Part shown: piece by piece, positions 16,880 through 24,607 of the stretch
How positions within the stretch are numbered: position 1 is the first letter of the stretch
How the letters are laid out: the number at the start of each line of letters is the position of its first letter
DNA from: Oceanispirochaeta sp.
GTDB taxonomy: Bacteria; Spirochaetota; Spirochaetia; DSM-2461
Length of the DNA: 64,000 nt
NCBI GenBank assembly: GCA_963666275.2
Contig: CAXXOA010000003.1
Location: 42,653-106,652 of the forward strand
Reading direction: 5' to 3'
The notes under the pieces: generated by a model
Seen by the model: the letters and a program-made list of their open reading frames with translations, nothing else
What the model was told of the DNA's origin: nothing
Database searches by the model: none
Made by a program: the position numbers and the translations under genes

Positions 16880-17410
16880 CTAATTCACCATCCAGGCATC
16901 ATAAATTACACCCGGTGTTCTCCTTGATATGACGCATCCGAATGCCACTCGTTTGTTCAGCCAGCTGTATTTTACTGAGGATGTTTCAAAGAAAAGGTGC
17001 TGTTTGAAATAGTAGTTTTCGGGAGCCACAGGTTCTCTGGCAGTCCTTTTCTTAAGAATCTCTTCACTTTGAGTGGCATAACCTTTCGTATAAATGCTGA
17101 TTATGGCTCCGTCATCAGTTTTCAGGATATAGCGGGTATCAATATTTTTTGTTGTTTTTGAATTGTGACTAGTCGTATTCCAGTCCGCTCCTTCCGGGAG
17201 GACTTCACCTTTTAATCGGGGCCCTTCAAAGCGGCCGCCGGTAATGGATATAATTTTAAGAAATCCTCCATCCACAGAGCCGACTTCAATGGGTAAAGCT
17301 ACATCCACAACTATTCTGTATAGAAACTCAAGATTGGGGGCGGGGGGAGCAAACCCGTTGCCTTCCTGTATAGAATACTCTTCAAATTCATTGCTTAGTG
17401 TTGCTTTCAT
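16880..17410 (-). CDS. DUF3237 (UPF0311) family protein
   Basis: 176 aa. The block ITGGRFEGPRLKGEVLPEGADW and the beta-rich composition match DUF3237 as I remember it. Confidence 0.7.
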   Translation of the reverse strand: MKATLSNEFEEYSIQEGNGFAPPAPNLEFLYRIVVDVALPIEVGSVDGGFLKIISITGGRFEGPRLKGEVLPEGADWNTTSHNSKTTKNIDTRYILKTDDGAIISIYTKGYATQSEEILKKRTAREPVAPENYYFKQHLFFETSSVKYSWLNKRVAFGCVISRRTPGVIYDAWMVN

Positions 17411-17414
17411 TTAT

Positions 17415-18257
17415 TTATGCCTCAATAATTTCTTTAATCATTTTAATTCTTTTATCAATCAGATCGGGCCATACTGCAGGATTCTGGAACGGGTTGTGCC
17501 CGGGGGTTATGGAATCCACTTTCTCAAGCATATTTATCTGGCCCGGATGGGATCCCAGAGTTATCTCTACGTTAAAATCCCGAACCTTGCGCATACTTTC
17601 CAGATACTCCTGACGGGATGTCTCGGGAAGATTGAACTCCTTAAGGAAATCATCAGTCAGAGTATTGACTCCAACGCCGCCATGAAGGCCGCATTTATAG
17701 ACTCTGCCTTCTTCATCCTCCGCATCGAAAAAGAAGGAGGTCGTTCCCGGTGTATGACCGGGCGTATGGACCGTATGAACTGTTCTGTCTCCCAGAACCA
17801 CGGGCCTGTCATCAGAGAAAAACGCGTCTGCTTCAAAGTCACCGCAGGGATAATTTTCTGACAGGAGAAGCTCCGGTCTTTCTTTCAGCATATCAGAGTC
17901 TTCTTTCGCCATATAGAGCCTGGCACCGCTGGCTTCCAGGATTGCTCTGATACCTCCTGCATGATCATAATGGGCATGAGAGAGGAGAAGGAGTTTTATG
18001 TTCCCGGGATCAAATCCAAGCATTCGGATGCTTTCAAAAACCAGATACACCTGAGGCTGCATGGTTGAATCTATCAGAATCAGTCCGTCCGAGGTTTCAA
18101 GCAGGTAGGCTCCAACCCAGCTGTTTCCAACATACCAGGTACGGGGAGCCACCTTGAAAGGGGCAACGGCAACTTCCCAGGGGCGTTCACAGCCCTGTTT
18201 CAGAAAGTCATACGGATTCGTCAGGGGCTGCTGAAGTTTGGACTTATTCATATTCAA
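17415..18257 (-). CDS. MBL-fold metallo-hydrolase
   Basis: 280 aa. It has the HxHxDH motif (LLLSHAHYDHAGG) and a downstream His (VHTPGHTPG). Confidence 0.9.
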   Translation of the reverse strand: MNMNKSKLQQPLTNPYDFLKQGCERPWEVAVAPFKVAPRTWYVGNSWVGAYLLETSDGLILIDSTMQPQVYLVFESIRMLGFDPGNIKLLLLSHAHYDHAGGIRAILEASGARLYMAKEDSDMLKERPELLLSENYPCGDFEADAFFSDDRPVVLGDRTVHTVHTPGHTPGTTSFFFDAEDEEGRVYKCGLHGGVGVNTLTDDFLKEFNLPETSRQEYLESMRKVRDFNVEITLGSHPGQINMLEKVDSITPGHNPFQNPAVWPDLIDKRIKMIKEIIEA

Positions 18258-18282
18258 TATCTCCTTTTTAATTAATATTCCT

Positions 18283-19227
18283 TCAGTTCTGGATAGGGGT
18301 TTGATTATTTTTCAGCACTTTATCAAAGAATGCCAGAATCTTTTCTTTGGTCTGTTCCTGAAAAAATTCGCGTGTACCATGACCGCCGTTTATAATCCGG
18401 ATAAGATCCACCCTGTCTTCCAATCCTTTTTCTGCAATTTTTTCATATAACTCTTCACTCTGCTCGAAAGGTACCAGAGGATCCTGATCTCCGTGAAGGA
18501 TAATCATGGGACACATGGAGTCAGTGATGTAATTGACCGGGCTGGCATCATGGAGTTTGGGCCAGGCTTCCGGTCCGTCTTCACCAACAAGTGCTCCGCC
18601 ATGGGTCTCTCCTATACTCTTCCAGCGGTAGTCGGGGTTGTTTTTTATCTCTTCCAAATCCATTTCCAGCAGTTTTACTAGATTGGCGGGACCGAAGAGA
18701 TTGCAGCAGGCCTGGACTTTTGATGAAAATCCGTTCCACTCATCCGATATATTATCCTCCAAATTCATAGAGGCCATTGTGGAGAGATAACCGCCGGCAG
18801 ATCTGCCGATAATACCGATATTCTCCGGATCTATCAGATATTCATCTGCATGGGCGCGAAGGAACCGGACGGCTGTTTTTACATCGATTATCTGATCGGG
18901 ATAGTGGCCCTGGGCGCTGCTGCGGTAGTAAATGGATGCAACAACGTAACCTGCCTCTGCAAGGAACTGCATCTCGGATACCATAAGGTTCTTATCGCAT
19001 CCCCGGAAACCGCCGCCGGGAACCCAGACGATAAGGGGTTTCCGGGCCGATTCGGCCTCGTCATCCAGTCCTGCGGCAAGGCGCATTTCGCTATTGCCGT
19101 TCTGTACCATAATTGACAGAAGCAGATCCATGGGATTTCCATTCAGGTCTGTGACATGGGAATAGCAGATATTGTCCAGAAAATTGATACTTCTCCTTTC
19201 TTTTCCCGGATCGAGATCATATTTCAT
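18283..19227 (-). CDS. Alpha/beta hydrolase (carboxylesterase, HGG-type oxyanion hole)
   Basis: 314 aa. Motifs: VWVPGGGFRG (oxyanion hole), nucleophile elbow GRSAGG, and C-terminal HGDQDPLVP / GGHG. Confidence 0.85.
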   Translation of the reverse strand: MKYDLDPGKERRSINFLDNICYSHVTDLNGNPMDLLLSIMVQNGNSEMRLAAGLDDEAESARKPLIVWVPGGGFRGCDKNLMVSEMQFLAEAGYVVASIYYRSSAQGHYPDQIIDVKTAVRFLRAHADEYLIDPENIGIIGRSAGGYLSTMASMNLEDNISDEWNGFSSKVQACCNLFGPANLVKLLEMDLEEIKNNPDYRWKSIGETHGGALVGEDGPEAWPKLHDASPVNYITDSMCPMIILHGDQDPLVPFEQSEELYEKIAEKGLEDRVDLIRIINGGHGTREFFQEQTKEKILAFFDKVLKNNQTPIQN

Positions 19228-19274
19228 AATAGTTAACTCCAGATAAATAGTTGATCAACAGGATCTATTAAGGC

Positions 19275-19320
19275 AAAAAACAGGTGTATCCTGAGACAGG
19301 GGTTCTCAGATGCACCTGTT
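19275..19320 (-). terminator. Terminator after the sigma-54-driven esterase/TTT operon
   Basis: An imperfect ~16-bp hairpin (ACAGGTGTATCCTGAGA...TCTCAGATGCACCTGT) is followed on the minus strand by a T-run (plus-strand A6 at 19275-19280). Confidence 0.7.
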
Positions 19321-19348
19321 AAACAATAGGGCGGTTTCTGTATCCGGT

Positions 19349-20332
19349 TTATTTCAGACCGAGTATAGCCGCAGTTTCTCCGATTTTCCTGTCTCCTTCG
19401 ACAAGACGGGTTTCACTGTCTGCCAGAGGAAGGTACCGGAGGGGCATATGCATTTTATCAAACTGACCGGAAACGGCAGGATCTGACATAACTTCCTTAA
19501 ATGCAAGGTTGACCTTTTCTGCTACAGCAGGATCTAAACCGGCGGGGCCGAGAATAAAAAAGTCCAGACCGTACACAGCGCTTTCATATCCCAGCTCATA
19601 AAGGGAGGGATAGTCAGGAGCACCCGGATCTCTTTCAGAAAAACCTGCTATGGTTGCCAGAATGTTCAGCTTGTCTGCTTCGGCATACTGAAGAGCTCCC
19701 GGTGTGTTAACAAATGCCGCATCGATGGTGCCGCCCTGAACTGCTACCAGTTTGTCCGCATCGGAACCTGCTTCGACGATTTTGAACTGGGCATCACTGT
19801 CTTTAATAAGAAGGCCTGCCATAAAGTGGGAAGAACCTTTCAGCTGTACACCCAGTGTAATTTTGCCCGGGTTCGTTCTGGTTGCGGCAATGAGATCTTC
19901 AATAGAACTGTAGGGTGAGTCCGGGCCGACAACTAAAGAATAGCTTCCGTCTACGGGCATGACAGCACAGGTTGTAAACTCTTCAGACGGGGAGTGGTCA
20001 TACTGACCTGTGTGGTAGCTGGAGAACATTCCGGAGTGGTAGAACAGAATTGTGCTTCCGTCAGTTTTGGAATTTCTTACTGTTTCAGATGCGACGCTTC
20101 CTCCACCGGAAGGCTGATTGACCACAACAAAGGGTTTTCCCAATTTTTCCTGCAGTGCCTTTGCCAGGATTCGGGCTGCCGCATCTGTACCGCCCCCTGC
20201 CTTTGCAGGAACTACAAACTGAACACTGCCCTTGGGCCATTCCGCTCCGTTTCCGGACTTTTCAGACTGGCCTTCCGCAAATGCGGAGAGAGTCAGAATC
20301 GATAGAACTAAAATACTAATAATTTTCTTCAT
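19349..20332 (-). CDS. tctC: Tripartite tricarboxylate transporter substrate-binding protein (TctC/Bug family)
   Basis: The ORF extends to 20383; ATG 20332 is preferred (AAAGGAG SD). It has a signal peptide (MKKIISILVLSILTLSAFA) and the motifs VPAKAGGGTD and VVNQPSGGG. Confidence 0.9.
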   Translation of the reverse strand: MKKIISILVLSILTLSAFAEGQSEKSGNGAEWPKGSVQFVVPAKAGGGTDAAARILAKALQEKLGKPFVVVNQPSGGGSVASETVRNSKTDGSTILFYHSGMFSSYHTGQYDHSPSEEFTTCAVMPVDGSYSLVVGPDSPYSSIEDLIAATRTNPGKITLGVQLKGSSHFMAGLLIKDSDAQFKIVEAGSDADKLVAVQGGTIDAAFVNTPGALQYAEADKLNILATIAGFSERDPGAPDYPSLYELGYESAVYGLDFFILGPAGLDPAVAEKVNLAFKEVMSDPAVSGQFDKMHMPLRYLPLADSETRLVEGDRKIGETAAILGLK

Positions 20333-20386
20333 AATATGCTCCTTTCGTATAACGTTAAGATCCTTTGGGATCTCTAATTCCATGGT

Positions 20387-21877
20387 TTAGGCTTTTTCTC
20401 TCAGTTTCCGGATAGCATCCTTGATATAGGGCCATACAACGCTGAAAACGGCCGCAGCCAGAAGCAGTCCTGAAATAGGACGGGTAAAGAAGGGCATAAT
20501 ACCCTGGTCGGTATAGGTAAATCCCTTTCTGAGATTGGATTCCAGCATGGGCCCCAGGATAAAACTGAGAATAAAGGGGCTTGTGGGTATCTTGACGATA
20601 TCAAAGAGGAATCCCAGAGCAGCAAAACTCAGAAGCAGGACAAAGTTAAAAGCTGTGCTGGAGCTGATGAATACACCGACAAAACCGAGAACAATAATAA
20701 CCGGATAGAGGTAGTAGTAGGGGATCTTCAGTATCATTGGAAAGAGTCTCATTCCGAAAAACTGCTGAAACAGTACCAGAATTGACGCAAAAAGGGCAGT
20801 TCCAAAGAGGGTGAAGACGATGGCTGGATTATTGGTGAAAAGCAGTGGTCCCGGCTGAATTCCATGGATCATCAGACCGCCCAGCAGAATCGCTGTTGTT
20901 CCGTCTCCGGGTATCCCCAGGGCAACCATGGGAATCAGAGATCCGCCGACAGAAGCATTGTTGGAAATTTCCGATGCGAACACACCGTCAACAATACCGG
21001 TACCGAATTTTTCCGGATGTTTGGAACTGCTTTTTGCCTGGGCATAGGCCACCATATTGGAGAGGGCTGCTCCCATTCCCGGAAGGAAACCGATCCAGAG
21101 TCCGATAAAAAACGACCTGATCAGGTTCCAGATATTATCAATATACTCTTTAAGGGTAACACCGAATCCGGTGATGTTTTTCATATCCACAGGGGGAAGT
21201 TCCTTCTGGCCTTTCCCATAGTCCAGTACAATCTGTTTGATAGCAAAAAGTCCAAGCATCAGAGAGATCAGGTCGAACCCTCCGTTCAGATAAATATTTC
21301 CAAATGCAAAGCGGGGATACCCGTCAATAGGCGCAAAACCGACGGAGCTGAGTAGCAGACCGATAGCCGCTGAAGCCAGTCCTTTGAAAATGTTGTCTCT
21401 GGACAGGGCTGCTACCAGGGTAATGGCGCAGAAGCCCAGTGAGAAATACTCCCAGGGACCCAGTTTGAGAGCCAGGTCAGCTATAACAGGACTGAGAAAT
21501 GTCGCTATAATTATGCTGAAAAAAGTACCCAGAAACGAAGCAGTAATCGCGGCTCCCAGGGCTTTGACAGCCTGTCCGTTTTTGGTCATAGGGTATCCAT
21601 CAAAACAGGTCGCAATAGCTGAAGGGGATCCTGGTATACCCAGAAGAATGGAACCTACCATGGCTCCTGAAACACCTCCGACCCAGATACCTATCAGCAT
21701 GGCAAGTCCTAGATGGGGATCCATCCCGAAGGTGACAGGCAGAAGAAGAGCAACTCCCAGGCCGCCGCTGAGACCGGGAATGGCACCCAGAACAATACCG
21801 AGAGCGGCTGCACAGAATACAAGCAGGAAGGTACCTGGATGAAGCAGTGATAAAAGACTTGTTAAAAACATTTCCAT
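20387..21877 (-). CDS. tctA: Tripartite tricarboxylate transporter large permease TctA
   Basis: 496 aa and polytopic. It shows conserved TctA blocks (GAIPGLSGG, LGIPGDGTTAILLG, HGIQPGP). Confidence 0.92.
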   Translation of the reverse strand: MEMFLTSLLSLLHPGTFLLVFCAAALGIVLGAIPGLSGGLGVALLLPVTFGMDPHLGLAMLIGIWVGGVSGAMVGSILLGIPGSPSAIATCFDGYPMTKNGQAVKALGAAITASFLGTFFSIIIATFLSPVIADLALKLGPWEYFSLGFCAITLVAALSRDNIFKGLASAAIGLLLSSVGFAPIDGYPRFAFGNIYLNGGFDLISLMLGLFAIKQIVLDYGKGQKELPPVDMKNITGFGVTLKEYIDNIWNLIRSFFIGLWIGFLPGMGAALSNMVAYAQAKSSSKHPEKFGTGIVDGVFASEISNNASVGGSLIPMVALGIPGDGTTAILLGGLMIHGIQPGPLLFTNNPAIVFTLFGTALFASILVLFQQFFGMRLFPMILKIPYYYLYPVIIVLGFVGVFISSSTAFNFVLLLSFAALGFLFDIVKIPTSPFILSFILGPMLESNLRKGFTYTDQGIMPFFTRPISGLLLAAAVFSVVWPYIKDAIRKLREKA

Positions 21878-21890
21878 ATGTTGATACCTC

Positions 21891-22352
21891 CTAAAAGAAT
21901 ATTCCCGGGGGAAGGAACGAATTCAGCACTTTGCTGAATACGACGTAGACCGCTGCAAATGTAATCAGGGAGTAAATAATCCCCTTTACCGGTCTGGTCT
22001 TTTCCGGGCCGGCAATCTGCCGGTAAAACAGGTAGAGCATAACGGGCGTGGCAATCAGGAATCCGAGGAACTTTAATGCGAGCGCAAAGATAATGAATAA
22101 AGATGTCATTATTCCTGCCCGTTTCCAGCCCTCTTTTGTCAGAAAGGGCTCGTCTTTAACTGATTTTTCCTTCTTGGATTTTGTAAATAGAATTCCAAGT
22201 CCGCTGATGACCAGAAGAAAACTCCCCAGATAGGGAAAAATCCGGGGACCCGGATCATCGGAGAAGGTTTTAACCGGTATTAGCGATGTCAGAATCACCA
22301 TTGTTATACCAAGGGCTAAAATCACTACTCCTGTAATTTTTTCACTTTTCAT
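21891..22352 (-). CDS. tctB: Tripartite tricarboxylate transporter small subunit TctB
   Basis: 153 aa with four hydrophobic helices. It lies between tctC and tctA as in canonical tctCBA. Confidence 0.8.
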   Translation of the reverse strand: MKSEKITGVVILALGITMVILTSLIPVKTFSDDPGPRIFPYLGSFLLVISGLGILFTKSKKEKSVKDEPFLTKEGWKRAGIMTSLFIIFALALKFLGFLIATPVMLYLFYRQIAGPEKTRPVKGIIYSLITFAAVYVVFSKVLNSFLPPGIFF

Positions 22353-22411
22353 CTATATATGGTTCCTTTTTAAATTCCCCGAAAGAGTGACATTCCGGGG
22401 TATATAGGCAC

Positions 22412-23386
22412 TTATCTAATATCCAGTGTTGCCGCTAGAGTATTGATTTTTTCATCCTCCTTGTTAAGGAGTTCCTGAACTTCCGCTACAGTCCTGTATT
22501 TGAAAGTTTCAGACATTTTCTCAAGCTGTTCCTGAACAGTCGAGTCTACCAGCATTCCTTTAGTCGCTGCATTGATGGCTTCAACTATCGCCGGGTCCAT
22601 ATCTTTGGGGCCCCAGAGACAGAGAGGGGCAATCCATGTGGCATTCACGCCCTGATCAATGGCAGGAACAAACTGAGGATACTGGGGTGCGGGATCCGCA
22701 TCAATCAGACCGAGTACTTTCATTTTTCCAGCTTCTTCATACTGTTGTGCTGACGCGACACCAAGGTTGCCGATAGTTAAATGACCGCCCTGAATGGCAG
22801 CTACTTTATCAACTTCAGAAGAGGCTTCCACCAGTTTCAGATTAATCCCTGTGTTTTCCATAAGCATACCGGCGATGAAGTGTGTTGTTCCGCCAAGAGA
22901 TATACCAATAGTATATTTTCCGGGGTTTTCAGCTGCGTCATCGACAAACTCTTTCATGTTGTTCCAGGGGGCATCGGGAGAAACCGCATAGACCTGAGGG
23001 GGATAGCTCTGTGCGATAGCGATAGCAGTGAAATCCTCCATTGTATGGTCGTACCTGCCGGTTGCCATATTTACCATAATTCCTGTGTGATTGAACAGAA
23101 GGGTCATTCCATCGGGTTTCGCTGTACGAACCTGTTCATAGGCTACAGTCCCGCCCCCTGAAGGCTGATTGACCACGACTACGGGGCTTCCGATTTCCCG
23201 CTGCAGGTATTCAGCAAAAATCCTGGCGTTGATATCCGTCCCGCCGCCGGCTTTGGCCGGTACAATAATCTGCACATTCCCTTTAGGCCATGCAGCTTTT
23301 TCTGAGCCCGACTCCTGGCTGCCTTCGGCATTCAGGAAAAAGACCGCTGTTATAAGACATAATAGAACAGCACCCAATCTCTTCAT
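22412..23386 (-). CDS. tctC: Second TctC/Bug-family substrate-binding protein
   Basis: 324 aa with a signal peptide, and the motifs VPAKAGGGTD and VVNQPSGGG. Confidence 0.9.
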   Translation of the reverse strand: MKRLGAVLLCLITAVFFLNAEGSQESGSEKAAWPKGNVQIIVPAKAGGGTDINARIFAEYLQREIGSPVVVVNQPSGGGTVAYEQVRTAKPDGMTLLFNHTGIMVNMATGRYDHTMEDFTAIAIAQSYPPQVYAVSPDAPWNNMKEFVDDAAENPGKYTIGISLGGTTHFIAGMLMENTGINLKLVEASSEVDKVAAIQGGHLTIGNLGVASAQQYEEAGKMKVLGLIDADPAPQYPQFVPAIDQGVNATWIAPLCLWGPKDMDPAIVEAINAATKGMLVDSTVQEQLEKMSETFKYRTVAEVQELLNKEDEKINTLAATLDIR

Positions 23387-23412
23387 TTTAAACTCCTTTA
23401 ACCATTTAGATA

Positions 23413-24303
23413 TTATTTAAACGCTTCTGTCAAAGCGTTAATAATTAAATCTCTTGCTTCCTTGGATTCCGCCGTTCCATGAATGACGAATCCATGATCG
23501 CTTTCGAGGAAACTCCGCATTTTAACTTCTACTCCCGCATGCAACAGCATGAGAGCATATCTTTCCGCTTCAAATCTCAGGCAGTCTTTTCCAGCTGTAA
23601 GAATCAGGGCGGGAGGCATTCCTTTCAGGGTGTCTTCTTCAGCACAGACAAGAGAAAAGTAGGGGTTAGAGTAATCTTCCATCTTGTCCATGTACAGGGA
23701 GGAGAAATATCTCATCCTTTCGACCGGAAGTACCGTATGGGGTTCCACTTTTTCAGCGGGGTCGGTTTGAGCATCAAGAAAGGGGTAGTCCAGTATCTGA
23801 AGGCAGGGGGTGAAGTGTTTGCTCTGGTTGGCAATGAGGCAGATCGCTGCAGCAAAATTTCCGCCGGCGCTGTGCCCCCCGACGGCAATCCTCTCTGGAT
23901 CAACCTGCAGTTCTTCTGCATTTTCAAATGCCCATTTCACCACATCGTAGCATTCGTTCAGACCTACCGGAAAGGGGTATTCCGGAGCCAGTTTATAATC
24001 TATATCAATGACTTTACATCCCAGAGTTTCAGCGACATAGGAGCAGAATATGGTATCCCTCTTTTCATGTCCCCGAACGAATCCTCCTCCGTGCATATTG
24101 ATAAATAAGGGATATTTCGTTTTCTTTTTCCTGGGTTCTATAAAAATGGTACGGGCTTCACCCTCTCTCGTGGGAATCGATCTTTCATACCGGTCAACTT
24201 TTTCCAGATAAGACACCATTTCTGGTGTCAGGTGAGTCTGAACGACTGATGAACTCCGAAGCTGTTTCGCGACTTTTAATTTTTCATCATATGTCAGGAT
24301 CAA
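23413..24303 (-). CDS. Alpha/beta hydrolase, hormone-sensitive-lipase (family IV) type esterase
   Basis: 296 aa; the TTG start lies 7 nt after AAGGAG. Motifs: HGGGF oxyanion motif (NMHGGGFVRG), nucleophile elbow GHSAGG, and C-terminal DHGF. It is the first gene downstream of the sigma-54 promoter. Confidence 0.9.
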   Translation of the reverse strand: MILTYDEKLKVAKQLRSSSVVQTHLTPEMVSYLEKVDRYERSIPTREGEARTIFIEPRKKKTKYPLFINMHGGGFVRGHEKRDTIFCSYVAETLGCKVIDIDYKLAPEYPFPVGLNECYDVVKWAFENAEELQVDPERIAVGGHSAGGNFAAAICLIANQSKHFTPCLQILDYPFLDAQTDPAEKVEPHTVLPVERMRYFSSLYMDKMEDYSNPYFSLVCAEEDTLKGMPPALILTAGKDCLRFEAERYALMLLHAGVEVKMRSFLESDHGFVIHGTAESKEARDLIINALTEAFK

Positions 24304-24385
24304 TTCTTCACTCCTTATTCAGCTGGTTTAAACATGTCTTCCTGATTCAGGTTTGCAATATGTGACAGCCTTGTGTTCGGTTAGT

Positions 24386-24401
24386 TGCAAAGGATATGCC
24401 A
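24386..24401 (-). promoter_or_regulatory. Sigma-54 promoter TGGCAT-N5-TTGCA for the esterase-tctC-tctB-tctA-tctC operon
   Basis: The minus strand reads TGGCATATCCTTTGCA, with correctly spaced -24 GG and -12 GC. It lies about 85 nt upstream of the esterase start (24303). Confidence 0.85.
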
Positions 24402-24543
24402 TTTGGCTTAATTTCCGTTTTTTTTGTTTCTCTTATTAGCTGGTATTTGTGTAATTCTCTTATTGGTATAAAGATAGTTTATTGAAAATTCTGAATAAAA
24501 TTGGCAGACTCTATCTGAGTCGCTGGGAAAGATAATTTTTATT

Positions 24544-24596
24544 TTGTTGCAATATGCAACAAGTGATGTATAATTTTAATAACTGTTGCATATTGC
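24544..24596. promoter_or_regulatory. Candidate enhancer (UAS) for the PrpR-type activator: palindrome TTGTTGCA-ATA-TGCAACAA (24544-24562) plus a related half-site TGTTGCATATTGC (24584-24596)
   Basis: The palindrome is a perfect 8-bp inverted repeat. It lies ~145-210 bp upstream of the sigma-54 promoter and immediately upstream of the activator gene. Confidence 0.6.
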
Positions 24597-24607
24597 GGAG
24601 GTTGGGC

